From: a virus
Taxonomy: Duplodnaviria > Caudoviricetes
Virus record (IMG/VR): IMGVR_UViG_3300042567_000475
Coordinates: 1-61,489 of that record
Direction: 5' to 3' (one strand)
Length of the DNA stretch: 61,489 nucleotides
In this document: piece after piece, positions 1 through 8,280 of the stretch
How positions within the stretch are numbered: position 1 is the first letter of the stretch
Layout: each line of letters opens with the position of its first letter
Translations under genes and position numbers: made by a program
The notes under the pieces: model-generated
Seen by the model: only the letters and a program-made list of their open reading frames with translations
Told to the model about the DNA's origin: nothing
Databases searched by the model: none

Positions 1-2
1 AA

Positions 3-245
3 GATGATGATAGTAATGCAGGGTTTATTATAGGGGTCAAGGGTAGAGTATATGAAATAGACATCTCTGATTTCCAATGTGTAGAATATGAAGAAGTATC
101 TATAGGTAGTGGATCATCATATGCATATGGTTCTTTATATACATCTATAGATCTACCCGCAAAAGCCAGGGTAGAGAAAGCAATCCAAGCAGCTACTAAC
201 TATTCCCCTACATGTAAAGCTCCTATAGATATACTATATAAGTAA
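3..245 (+). CDS. C-terminal part of an HslV/proteasome-beta-like Ntn peptidase (5' truncated by window edge; not in ORF track)
   Basis: Frame 3 reads DDDSNAGFIIGVKGRVYEIDISDFQCVEYEEVSIGSGSSYAYGSLY...RVEKAIQAATNYSPTCKAPIDILYK-TAA; the IGSG..YA.G.L motif is typical of HslV/proteasome beta subunits. Confidence 0.7.
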   Translation, partial: DDDSNAGFIIGVKGRVYEIDISDFQCVEYEEVSIGSGSSYAYGSLYTSIDLPAKARVEKAIQAATNYSPTCKAPIDILYK

Positions 246-276
246 TATAAAAAACATTACGAATGAAGCTATTTTC

Positions 277-297
277 CCCTGGAATCCAGGGTTTTTT
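277..297 (+). terminator. Intrinsic terminator
   Basis: CCCTGG-AAT-CCAGGG hairpin followed by TTTTTT, just after the plus-strand peptidase gene. Confidence 0.75.
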
Positions 298-457
298 GTT
301 ATGTTTAAAAGCTTTTCTATACCATATGAGAGAGAATTTGTCAAGTAAATATGGGGGGAATATGATTACGATTGGGTAACAAAATGGCATAATCACCCAT
401 TTCACTCCATTTCTAACCATATTACTCCATATGTCAATAAACTGTAACTCTTTTAGC

Positions 458-691
458 CTATTTATTCTTCCTTGGAGACACATAAAGATAGGGGGAATCT
501 CCTATATCAGAAGGTTTAATATTTCCATACATCTTGGCAATATGTGTCTTATCATGCTTCTTTACTTCTGATAAGATGTATTCTATTACTAGGGAATGAT
601 CATCTATTTCACTCCATACCCGTTTTTCTACATGCAGGCTCCAGTCACATACTGGGCAATCAAAATCTTCTATTTGGGTGTAATCACTCAT
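458..691 (-). CDS. Small hypothetical protein with CxxC
   Basis: 77 aa ORF, CPVC motif, start overlaps the upstream stop. Confidence 0.7.
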   Translation of the reverse strand: MSDYTQIEDFDCPVCDWSLHVEKRVWSEIDDHSLVIEYILSEVKKHDKTHIAKMYGNIKPSDIGDSPYLYVSPRKNK

Positions 692-956
692 TAATAATTC
701 TTTCTATACGTTTGGCAATATCATTAATTTCTATCTGTACCGCCGTGTCTGCCCATCCCCATGCATATGAAGATTCAATAAGAGAAGATAACCCATTGAG
801 GACATATTCCCACTCATTAAGAGAAAGATCAATGGTTACATTGCTAGGAAAAGAATGTGGGTAGGTGTCCATAGGTTGGGGGTTGGTCTCTATTTCACCC
901 GCCGCCGAAATTAAAGACGTATCTAATTCCATATTACAATTCCAACATTTAATCAT
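684..956 (-). CDS. Hypothetical protein (likely start MIKCWNC at 956)
   Basis: ATG at 956 overlaps the stop of the 949-1113 ORF; the ORF-track start at 1025 lies inside that gene. Confidence 0.6.
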   Translation of the reverse strand: MIKCWNCNMELDTSLISAAGEIETNPQPMDTYPHSFPSNVTIDLSLNEWEYVLNGLSSLIESSYAWGWADTAVQIEINDIAKRIERIINE

Positions 957-1113
957 TTTTTTCACCGAAGTCTCTTCTTTTAATTCCTTTAACATATCCA
1001 GCTCTAAAGCCCACTTCATATTCATCGGCCCGAACTTTACGGATAAGAGTACACAAATGACAAAATTTCATGGTTGGATCTGCTTTGTTCATACAGAACT
1101 TATCGTGTTTCAT
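949..1113 (-). CDS. Small Cys/His-rich protein, paralog of 1790-1993 (not in ORF track)
   Basis: MKHDKFCMNKADPTMKFCHLCTLIRKVRADEYEMGFRAGYVKG...; ATGA overlap with the upstream gene. Confidence 0.7.
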   Translation of the reverse strand: MKHDKFCMNKADPTMKFCHLCTLIRKVRADEYEVGFRAGYVKGIKRRDFGEKND

Positions 1114-1403
1114 AACTCTCCAATCCAATCAGAGTTTTGTTCTTTACAGGGGATGCATATCCAGGGAGATGATATTCCTCCTGTACCACAAATGATACAC
1201 GTTTTTGTATAGTGTGTTTCTGCATCTGTGTACCCATCTAAATACCCTTTTGCATATTGAGCTTTTATCTCATAACTATTTTCTTTAGCAATTTCTTTAC
1301 GCCAATAATCCTCAGACTGATTACGAATTGCTTGATCAAATGATCCTAAAAGCATTCCTACTTGTGCATCTACATTTGGATTACGAAAGATATTAAATCT
1401 CAC
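1110..1403 (-). CDS. Hypothetical protein with C-terminal zinc finger
   Basis: CIIC...CIPC, YAKGYLDGY repeat, GTG start with RBS. Confidence 0.7.
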   Translation of the reverse strand: MRFNIFRNPNVDAQVGMLLGSFDQAIRNQSEDYWRKEIAKENSYEIKAQYAKGYLDGYTDAETHYTKTCIICGTGGISSPWICIPCKEQNSDWIGEL

Positions 1404-1409
1404 CTATTC

Positions 1410-1787
1410 CTACCCTCTTACAGCCCGTGAATCGCGTTCTTTAATTACTTTATCAGCACACTCTTGACAATAGCCAAAGTACCAATATTTATGTACGCGA
1501 ATTTCTACATTTTTATCCCAGCCACTAGCACCGCAAAGTTCGCAAGTTTTAGAGGCATTAATTTCTGCTACTGTGACAATATCATCCATAATTTCACGAC
1601 GAATATCACCGTAGGATATTTCAAGGGATTGGTCATAGTAATATCTCAGACCACCAAACTTTTCTTTGATCTGAGAAATTTTATAATCAGGGTCAATATA
1701 CTTTAGTTTCCTATGAGTATCATCAATGATACTCTTCCAACCGTCACTACACTCTAGGCCGTATGGTTCTGGGTAACTCATCTCCAC
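1410..1787 (-). CDS. Conserved phage protein (QIKEKFGGLRYY family) with zinc ribbon
   Basis: GW...QIKEKFGGLRYY...CELCG...CQEC; AGGAG RBS. Confidence 0.75.
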   Translation of the reverse strand: MEMSYPEPYGLECSDGWKSIIDDTHRKLKYIDPDYKISQIKEKFGGLRYYYDQSLEISYGDIRREIMDDIVTVAEINASKTCELCGASGWDKNVEIRVHKYWYFGYCQECADKVIKERDSRAVRG

Positions 1788-1789
1788 TC

Positions 1790-1993
1790 CTATACTCCGT
1801 TAAGTTCTTGTAGTTTTGCTATTGCAGAGTTCCATCCGTCAGAGAACCCTTCATCATAAGTTTTATCTTTTCCATGACTCTTCTTGTCCTTATAATGATC
1901 TCTAACACTATCGATCAAATTACAATAGGCACAATTCTTTCGCTCTTTAATGTGTGGGTTTGGTGTTGGACAAAGACCATCATGCCCCTTCAT
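1790..1993 (-). CDS. Small Cys/His-rich protein
   Basis: HDGLC...CAYCNLIDSVR...YDEGFSDGW. Confidence 0.7.
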   Translation of the reverse strand: MKGHDGLCPTPNPHIKERKNCAYCNLIDSVRDHYKDKKSHGKDKTYDEGFSDGWNSAIAKLQELNGV

Positions 1994-2225
1994 CTTGCAT
2001 CTCTCTATCTCCTATAGTTACAAAATACATAACCTTAGACGATTCTACCATAGCCGTAGAACTTTTTCCTAAAAAAGTATGAGGAATAGACCACCAGCCC
2101 TGGTATCTAACAGGATTATTGCACACATCTTTAATTACAATCGGTTTATTACCCTCAAGATATATCCAAAGGTCAGTAGTCTTATCTTCTTCTAAATAAA
2201 GATTAAGTTCTGCGTAGTCATGCAT
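1980..2225 (-). CDS. Hypothetical protein
   Basis: 81 aa ORF overlapping both neighbours. Confidence 0.6.
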   Translation of the reverse strand: MHDYAELNLYLEEDKTTDLWIYLEGNKPIVIKDVCNNPVRYQGWWSIPHTFLGKSSTAMVESSKVMYFVTIGDREMQDEGA

Positions 2226-2502
2226 TTTTATTCATTCTGTCCCATAAAACATCCATAAGCTCTTCATTGTCTACCTCGCCAGGATTAGAAAGACATTCTG
2301 AGATGAGCTTCCAAATACCCTCGCTTCTCTTGAAGTTCTTTATAGTTCCCTCACGCTCTCCATCAAGGTCATCTGAATAAACAAATACGTAATCCGAATA
2401 GTCAACGTCACCTTTACCATCGTTAGCCAATACAAACTTACCAATTGTTTTTGAATTATCTTCTTCCCCAAAGGGTACAAGATCTACTGTAACTCTAATC
2501 AT
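2218..2502 (-). CDS. Hypothetical phage protein
   Basis: 94 aa, MIRVTVDLVPFG start, AGGAG RBS. Confidence 0.7.
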   Translation of the reverse strand: MIRVTVDLVPFGEEDNSKTIGKFVLANDGKGDVDYSDYVFVYSDDLDGEREGTIKNFKRSEGIWKLISECLSNPGEVDNEELMDVLWDRMNKNA

Positions 2503-2511
2503 AAAGGACTC

Positions 2512-2919
2512 CTAATCCCATAGTTCTGTAAAATGATCTGCTAACCAGTGTACACTAGCTTTGATATCTTTGTCAAGTACCCCGCCAGATTTTTTGACAT
2601 CTTCTTCATCCCAAGCAAGGCCATTGTTTAGATATTGTGTGAAAATTGAAATGTGGTTTAAATAATCAGCATCTCTTCTAATCACCATGGACTCTACATC
2701 AGTGCCATACATGTCGTCATCGTCTTTATAGGCCATTGACACGCCAATTCCACTATCTATATACCATTGTAGAACTCCTGCAAATACTCCTGCTAAATAG
2801 GTGTCTGCGTTCCACATGTCTCTATCACTGTAACCTCGCGTAATGCGTTGATACCACCACTTGGGGGTACGAATGGCATTACGAATACTTCTTTTAATCG
2901 ATAGGTATTCTTTGTTCAT
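2512..2919 (-). CDS. Conserved hypothetical phage protein, probably leaderless
   Basis: QRITRGYSDRDMWN motif; promoter directly upstream. Confidence 0.75.
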   Translation of the reverse strand: MNKEYLSIKRSIRNAIRTPKWWYQRITRGYSDRDMWNADTYLAGVFAGVLQWYIDSGIGVSMAYKDDDDMYGTDVESMVIRRDADYLNHISIFTQYLNNGLAWDEEDVKKSGGVLDKDIKASVHWLADHFTELWD

Positions 2920-2925
2920 GCCTAA

Positions 2926-2954
2926 AGTCTACTCTTCTTTGTTAGATGTGTCAA
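2926..2954 (-). promoter_or_regulatory. Sigma70-type promoter (leaderless)
   Basis: TTGACA-17 nt-TAGACT, ATG 6 nt downstream. Confidence 0.75.
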
Positions 2955-3045
2955 GATACGTTAGTGGAGTAACTTTTCTTTTCTTCCATTTAAGAACCAT
3001 AGAGCCGTCTTTTCCTATTTTCCATTTACCTGAAAACTCCTTCAT
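2929..3045 (-). CDS. 38-aa basic protein (not in ORF track)
   Basis: MKEFSGKWKIGKDGSMVLKWKKRKV...; strong AGGAGG RBS. Confidence 0.6.
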   Translation of the reverse strand: MKEFSGKWKIGKDGSMVLKWKKRKVTPLTYLDTSNKEE

Positions 3046-3106
3046 GTTAACCTCCTGTTAATGTAGTAAAATTACTATAACATACCAAGGTTAACAAATC
3101 TTTTTT

Positions 3107-3253
3107 TTATGAAGCGTTTCTCAGTCCGTTCTTTATAAAATAAGATAGCTCGTTGCAATCATCACACGGATCAATTGAATGTTCACATGCCCAAACTATT
3201 TCTTTAGATATTCTTTCTCTCCAGTAGATTTCTGGATCTCCGTCTTTTCTCAT
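3107..3253 (-). CDS. 48-aa Cys-containing protein (not in ORF track)
   Basis: MRKDGDPEIYWRERISKEIVWACEHSIDPCDDC...; shares E.YWR..I.KE with 1110-1403. Confidence 0.55.
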   Translation of the reverse strand: MRKDGDPEIYWRERISKEIVWACEHSIDPCDDCNELSYFIKNGLRNAS

Positions 3254-3311
3254 AACTACCCCTGAAAAATGATCTCACATAAACATGTGGCAGTTATATT
3301 ATACCTCTTAG

Positions 3312-3377
3312 TTAATCATCATCTTCGTCAATATTCTCAATATTATGGATTAGATATAGATCTTTCATCTTACCCAT
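3312..3377 (-). CDS. 21-aa micro-ORF
   Basis: MGKMKDLYLIHNIENIDEDDD; TAATG coupling with the upstream gene. Confidence 0.45.
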   Translation of the reverse strand: MGKMKDLYLIHNIENIDEDDD

Positions 3378-3685
3378 TATAGATACCCATTTTTCTTCCA
3401 CTCTGAGTAGCCCAAAGAATCTTCAGGAAGAGATTTGTCTTGTACTAGAGGTACTTTGTTTGTTGAATAGGTGACTGATGCTTCCTTATGCTTATCAGTC
3501 TTTGCCTCATGTTCTCTCCGAATTGCCCAATCCAATGCTGATGCAATGCTTTCTGCGGTAGATGTAAAAGCACTTACAATATCTCCAGGGTGATTCTTAC
3601 TACCCTTCTTAAAATAATTCTGTTCATGAAGACTATCCACTACCATTGCAGCAAACTCTTCTGTTGTCATATATAAATTACTCAT
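3377..3685 (-). CDS. Hypothetical protein
   Basis: 102 aa, GGAG RBS. Confidence 0.7.
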   Translation of the reverse strand: MSNLYMTTEEFAAMVVDSLHEQNYFKKGSKNHPGDIVSAFTSTAESIASALDWAIRREHEAKTDKHKEASVTYSTNKVPLVQDKSLPEDSLGYSEWKKNGYL

Positions 3686-3736
3686 TATTCTCCAAGGTTT
3701 AGGTTAGTTGCTATCCGCTAGAAACGCAACTTTCTC

Positions 3737-3919
3737 TCATACAATTTGTGTTTTTTGTGTTTGGGAAAGTGTGTGACATGTGCATCCACATAGTCCATGT
3801 CTAAATTGATAAGGACATGTTTCATGATCTTTTGTCATACACCACCCAGAGGGTTGGGTCATTTGTCTATCTGGTGTATCTTGAAAGAGATTTGCTTCCT
3901 CTTTCCTTCTACTTGTCAT
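3737..3919 (-). CDS. Small Cys/His-rich protein
   Basis: GWC...H..C...C.C.CH. Confidence 0.6.
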   Translation of the reverse strand: MTSRRKEEANLFQDTPDRQMTQPSGWCMTKDHETCPYQFRHGLCGCTCHTLSQTQKTQIV

Positions 3920-3989
3920 TTATGCTATTAAACTTATGCTCAAAGTAGCTGTCGATTCCATCCATCTCATTCTCCTTCTCTAGGTTCAT
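3909..3989 (-). CDS. 26-aa leaderless micro-ORF
   Basis: ATG 6 nt after the -10 box of the 3996-4024 promoter. Confidence 0.45.
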   Translation of the reverse strand: MNLEKENEMDGIDSYFEHKFNSINDK

Positions 3990-3995
3990 ATACAT

Positions 3996-4024
3996 ATAAT
4001 ACTAGGCTGCTTTTAGTTTGTCAA
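3996..4024 (-). promoter_or_regulatory. Sigma70-type promoter (leaderless)
   Basis: TTGACA-17 nt-TATTAT. Confidence 0.7.
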
Positions 4025-4499
4025 TACTTTTAGAGAAAAAATCTTCACTTTTATGAGTAGGCCAATAGTAGTTACACTTGTCACAACAAGAAATAAAACT
4101 ATCAAACATAAACTCTGCATAATATTCTGGATCTTTACGATATAGATTATTACGATGGGATTGATGAATTCTCTTATCTCCCCACCAAGCTGGCATAACT
4201 ATATTGTTTCCACGATTCCAATTGTTGTTATGTATTTCTAATATAGCATTCCAATTTTTATCTGTCTTGATTCCGCGATGAACGCATTCGTCTTTGATTG
4301 CTTTAAGATATGAAAACAGTCCCATATCATAATTTTTCCACATTAGTACTGCTGGATGCCGTACCCAAGCACCTTGGGTTCTACCAGAGGACAATATGTT
4401 ATATATTTGTCTTCCTTCTAATAATTGTTTCAATAGTCTTTTATTATCTAGGACTGATGCTGATTTTATAATATTATCGAACGGAACAAAAGTTTGAAT
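4002..4499 (-). CDS. Pyrimidine-dimer DNA glycosylase (DenV/MSMEG_6728-like); probable ATT start
   Basis: Frame extends to IQTFVPFDNIIKSASVLDNKRLLKQLLE, matching the family N-terminus MQTF.P.....SA..LD.KRL.KQ; also W.RHPAV.MW and H.SHR.NL.RKD..YY. Confidence 0.85.
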   Translation of the reverse strand: MQTFVPFDNIIKSASVLDNKRLLKQLLEGRQIYNILSSGRTQGAWVRHPAVLMWKNYDMGLFSYLKAIKDECVHRGIKTDKNWNAILEIHNNNWNRGNNIVMPAWWGDKRIHQSHRNNLYRKDPEYYAEFMFDSFISCCDKCNYYWPTHKSEDFFSKSIDKLKAA

Positions 4500-4502
4500 G
4501 AT

Positions 4503-4973
4503 CTACTCCTTTGGTTGTAGTGTACGACTATCATATCCTAGTGACTCAATAAAGTCAACAAGTCGATTTATCTCTGTTTCATAATATTTAGATATTTGCA
4601 TTCTTTTTATATTTTCGGACCTGCTTACTGGCTCAAGGTGGCTTGGCTCAATACATAGCTTATTTCTACATAAATGATCCAAGGTGTCGTGACGACCTAT
4701 TTCTTCAATCATTATTTTGTAATAGATACGATGAACTAAATAATTTATATATTTCCATTTGACATTTGGATAGCCACCAGTATCAACATGACCAGTCCAA
4801 ACCAAACATCCATTATCATTTCTTATAGACTTTCTTTCTATTCTTTCTTTTAAGGTTTCTTGAGTTTTGAGTGGCGACAATTCCTTGCTTCTCTTTATTT
4901 GCATTCGGTGACCCGAGCAATAACCGATTGAAGATGATTTTGGCAGTTCGCAATTTTCAAACATACACTTCAT
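4503..4973 (-). CDS. HNH endonuclease
   Basis: N-terminal C..C...C..H finger; CLVWTG...VHR...LDHLCRNKLCIEPSHLE...EN. Confidence 0.9.
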   Translation of the reverse strand: MKCMFENCELPKSSSIGYCSGHRMQIKRSKELSPLKTQETLKERIERKSIRNDNGCLVWTGHVDTGGYPNVKWKYINYLVHRIYYKIMIEEIGRHDTLDHLCRNKLCIEPSHLEPVSRSENIKRMQISKYYETEINRLVDFIESLGYDSRTLQPKE

Positions 4974-4979
4974 TTAACT

Positions 4980-5009
4980 ATTATAGCATATCTTTCAACC
5001 AGCAGTCAA
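4980..5009 (-). promoter_or_regulatory. Promoter with extended -10 (leaderless HNH transcript)
   Basis: TTGACT-18 nt-TATAAT with TG at the extended position, ATG 6 nt downstream. Confidence 0.7.
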
Positions 5010-5194
5010 TCTCTTTCTATAAGATCTAATGGAGTTGGAGCTGTTAGCTTAGTCTGACAGTAAGCACACTCACAGTCAAGTAAATATCCTATAATTTCAT
5101 AATCTTCATCAAACTGAACTTGGACAGTAAATAAATCTGATCCACATTTAACGCACACCCTAGTTGGTATGCCCCTGCAATCTAGCATCATCAA
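5006..5194 (-). CDS. Zinc-ribbon protein
   Basis: RGIPTRVCVKCGS...CAYC...TAPTPLD. Confidence 0.75.
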   Translation of the reverse strand: MMMLDCRGIPTRVCVKCGSDLFTVQVQFDEDYEIIGYLLDCECAYCQTKLTAPTPLDLIERD

Positions 5195-5250
5195 TACCCT
5201 TCGTAATATGATAGAAGAAAATCTTCATCATCATAGTATGACTCGTCCAC
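5191..5250 (-). CDS. 19-aa acidic leaderless micro-ORF
   Basis: GTG start, MDESYYDDEDFLLSYYEGY; its TGA overlaps the next ATG. Confidence 0.4.
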   Translation of the reverse strand: MDESYYDDEDFLLSYYEGY

Positions 5251-5257
5251 TTTTCTA

Positions 5258-5286
5258 ATTTTACAGGAATTATATCTTATTGTCAA
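5258..5286 (-). promoter_or_regulatory. Sigma70-type promoter
   Basis: TTGACA-17 nt-TAAAAT, GTG 7 nt downstream. Confidence 0.7.
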
Positions 5287-5723
5287 GACTGATTTAATAA
5301 ATAAAGGATAGCTCTTTGTAAAGAACTTATTTCATCTTTAAACCCGCCAAGAGATGTATTGCACAAGCTGCACAATAGACCTCTAACTTCTCCTGTGGCA
5401 TGATCATGATCTACAACAAGATCTTTTTTGTTTTGACAGATCCAGCACTTGCCTTCTTGCTCAACAAAGATCTCTGTGTATTTTGCTAATGTTATATTGT
5501 ATTTTCTCTTTAAATACTTTTCTCTTACGGCTTCTGGATCTCTAGCTTTTTCTCTACGCATTCTATCTTTACGTTGTTTGTTGTCACATGCCCTGCACTC
5601 TGGCCTAATTTCTCCAGGTTTAGTAGAATTTTTTGCAAACTCAAGCTCAGAAAGAATTCTTTTACACACATAGCAGTATTTTTCTGTAGGTGCTGGAAAC
5701 AAAACTTCCTGATAGCTTTCCAT
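5283..5723 (-). CDS. Recombination endonuclease VII family nuclease
   Basis: Q.GKCWIC...LVVDHDHATGEVRGLLCSLCN..LG plus N-terminal CxxC/CxxC. Confidence 0.9.
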   Translation of the reverse strand: MESYQEVLFPAPTEKYCYVCKRILSELEFAKNSTKPGEIRPECRACDNKQRKDRMRREKARDPEAVREKYLKRKYNITLAKYTEIFVEQEGKCWICQNKKDLVVDHDHATGEVRGLLCSLCNTSLGGFKDEISSLQRAILYLLNQS

Positions 5724-6517
5724 TACATTAAATTCCTATTTGGAATCTTTCTGTTTTCTACACTAAGCAATTCTCCTCTATGCTGTGCCTGCAAATCTTT
5801 TCTTACCCATGTCATTCCATAGGTATCTTCTAGATTTTCGACACCCTCGCGGCGTTTTAATCTTTCAGCCATGGACTGGAATGTTGGATCATCACTAAGA
5901 TTTAGGTTTGCATTATGAGACCATGGCAAGTCGTAGTAAGCTGGTGCGTTGACTAAAAGCATTCCCGCAGTGTTCCAATGCTCCTCCAACCTAGGACTTG
6001 CATTTATTAATTTTCCAGTGAGGCCGTAAGCAGGAACTGAGACACTAACTAATGGATGATCGACCTCTAGCATTCCACCTATCAGTTCTGGCTGAAGAAT
6101 CATATCTGAATCTACATAAAGAATAGCATCGTAACTAACAACACCTTCTTGTGGTGTTGCTTCTCCCCAATGGTGACCAGACATAACTCTTCTTCTTTGA
6201 GCAAACTCACGAATAAGATTACGACCAGTCTCTATTCTTATCCACCTATTTTGTGATGTTACTTCAGACTGCATATCATTTATAGAGTATGTCCAATAGT
6301 CCCCTGACACCTCCTTAAGGGCATCAATAACTCTTCCGAATGGTTCTAGACCTCTTTCATCCAATTCAAATGATGCAAAAAATTTAGTATTAGGGAACTT
6401 TTCCATAATAGAAAGTCTGTTGTCTAGCCACGACATGTCCTCGTTTTTATCACACTTCCAACCTACAAGTGGTGTTCCAATTACAAAGTGCTTACTGTAA
6501 TCTATTTCCTTAAACAT
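5723..6517 (-). CDS. Putative GT-A fold glycosyltransferase
   Basis: GRN...YDAILYVDSD (DxD)...TAGMLLV...SDD; position in glyco cluster. Confidence 0.65.
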   Translation of the reverse strand: MFKEIDYSKHFVIGTPLVGWKCDKNEDMSWLDNRLSIMEKFPNTKFFASFELDERGLEPFGRVIDALKEVSGDYWTYSINDMQSEVTSQNRWIRIETGRNLIREFAQRRRVMSGHHWGEATPQEGVVSYDAILYVDSDMILQPELIGGMLEVDHPLVSVSVPAYGLTGKLINASPRLEEHWNTAGMLLVNAPAYYDLPWSHNANLNLSDDPTFQSMAERLKRREGVENLEDTYGMTWVRKDLQAQHRGELLSVENRKIPNRNLM

Positions 6518-7118
6518 TTTTGCTCCTATTTCTTATTATCGCTGTAGCTGATAGGGGGCTACTTCTTTCTCCCCGAATAAATATTCCTACTATCTCCATA
6601 TTCTTATCGATGTACTCTTTTTGCTCATCTGTTGAGTAGGGAGAGGTCCATCCATTTACATTAAAACCTTCTAAAAGGTCAAGGGTATTGATATCGTTTG
6701 GTGCAAGAAAATGTTCTCCGCACCATGGAGCATGAAGATCCTCAATGACATATAATTTTGAAAATTTAAAAAGAGTAGAGAAAGAAACTTGCATCATCTG
6801 TGCCGTGTGCCCACCATCATCTAGAATAACGTCATACTCTCCTGTAATGTTGTTAAGCATCTGATCAACATTAAGTTGGTCAACTATTCGTATATCGCAT
6901 CCATTAATCGGAGTACTTGGGTTAATATCCCAACCCTCAGCTATAGAAGCCTTTGGCAACCATTCTCTCCACGCTTTCAATGACGCACCAGACTGTACAC
7001 CTATTTCTAAGAACCTTTTGATGTTTTTGCGATCAAAGTGCTTTTCATAAAAGTTCATGTACTCATGGTAAGTTGATTTATCCGTTCCATACTTTAGTCC
7101 TATTTTATGAAGATTCAT
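6510..7118 (-). CDS. SAM-dependent (sugar O-)methyltransferase
   Basis: KYGTDK...LEIGVQSGASL..W...DVILDDGGH...YVIEDLH, MycE/TylE-like. Confidence 0.85.
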   Translation of the reverse strand: MNLHKIGLKYGTDKSTYHEYMNFYEKHFDRKNIKRFLEIGVQSGASLKAWREWLPKASIAEGWDINPSTPINGCDIRIVDQLNVDQMLNNITGEYDVILDDGGHTAQMMQVSFSTLFKFSKLYVIEDLHAPWCGEHFLAPNDINTLDLLEGFNVNGWTSPYSTDEQKEYIDKNMEIVGIFIRGERSSPLSATAIIRNRSKNV

Positions 7119-7576
7119 TTGACAACATTCACCTGTTCTATGTAGTCAGAGCACACTCCATAAAAAGAATTTGGCATTCTTAAGTCTTTATATTGTTCTC
7201 CGCGTTCTGGTAAAACAACTATGCACTTATCTGATTTTATTTCTTTTCCTGGGTAGGCCCAGATAAAACCCTTACTTGTTAAGACTGCATCATCTTCGTT
7301 GTGGCTAAAGCAATTATAATAGTCGCTTCTTCTACAAAAGTCAAGGGCTAGAAGATTTTTACAATGAATCCATGCATGATCTCTAATACTATTAAGATAG
7401 CGTTCACTAATTTCATATTCAAGCATGTCGTGACCTAGAAATAAAGAGCCTTCCATTAACCACAAATCAATTTCAACATCATAGCCAAGCTCTAAGGCTT
7501 CATTTAAATACTCTGGAGAATTTTCTCTATCTATATTTGGACCGCTAATGTTTCCTCTATGAGAAATCAGTTTCAC
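7115..7576 (-). CDS. Glycerophosphodiester phosphodiesterase-like protein
   Basis: LISHRGN...EN...DVEIDL...LGHD...WIHCKN...GVCSDY; GTG at 7576 overlaps the upstream stop. Confidence 0.8.
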   Translation of the reverse strand: MKLISHRGNISGPNIDRENSPEYLNEALELGYDVEIDLWLMEGSLFLGHDMLEYEISERYLNSIRDHAWIHCKNLLALDFCRRSDYYNCFSHNEDDAVLTSKGFIWAYPGKEIKSDKCIVVLPERGEQYKDLRMPNSFYGVCSDYIEQVNVVK

Positions 7577-8280
7577 TTCTCTACCTGCACCCAAATCCAG
7601 TTTCTGTGATTATCTCCTGGACCTGTTGGTCGAATGTCTGATTTATAATTTTTAAATCCAATCTTATTAACTAGGTCATCGGATAGTTCAGATTCATCAG
7701 TAATGCTTACATCTGCATGACCATTAGTAGTGATAGCATCATAAACATTATCATAGTACCCTGCAGTTTCTGTGTGAGCCTTTCCACCATATCCCATTTG
7801 GAAACAAAGTTTCCCACCTGGCTTAAGAATTCGATAAGCTTCTTTAAGAATGTTAAATCTAATTTCATGCACACAAATATGTTGAAAACAAATAACTGCA
7901 AAGAATACGTCATAAGTATTATCTTTAATCATACTGAGACTGTCTCCAGGTGTGGGGTAAAGGTTTGGCAACTCAATTCCATTATGCTCAATATTAATCT
8001 TAGCTTTATCTAGATTTGTCTGAGCAATATCTACTCCATCAATTCTTCCAAAACGATCATGAAATTCAATAATGTTTCTCCCTGGACCACAGCCATAGTC
8101 TAAGGCTACTAGTCCACTTGTATCAAAGTCTTTAAAAAGGTATGTGTCATAGTCAGGCCAGTCATTATGGGCATCATATGATCCAACAACAGGGTCTCTA
8201 TATGTTAGGGACCATGCTTCTGCATACCCCTCATAATGATCGTTTTGCATCTTTAAATAATCTTTTTTATTTTTCATCAT
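7573..8280 (-). CDS. Class I SAM-dependent methyltransferase
   Basis: LDYGCGPGR...GVDI...FQHI...RILKPGG. Confidence 0.9.
   Translation of the reverse strand: MMKNKKDYLKMQNDHYEGYAEAWSLTYRDPVVGSYDAHNDWPDYDTYLFKDFDTSGLVALDYGCGPGRNIIEFHDRFGRIDGVDIAQTNLDKAKINIEHNGIELPNLYPTPGDSLSMIKDNTYDVFFAVICFQHICVHEIRFNILKEAYRILKPGGKLCFQMGYGGKAHTETAGYYDNVYDAITTNGHADVSITDESELSDDLVNKIGFKNYKSDIRPTGPGDNHRNWIWVQVEK

Noticed and set aside
223-483. 86-aa minus-strand ORF from the track
   Set aside because: Runs through a terminator and promoter boxes, overlaps the plus-strand gene end, no RBS
4503-4505. Genome-wide TAG recoding
   Set aside because: TAG ends many genes at natural C-termini (terminase, SSB, primase) and long genes have no internal TAG
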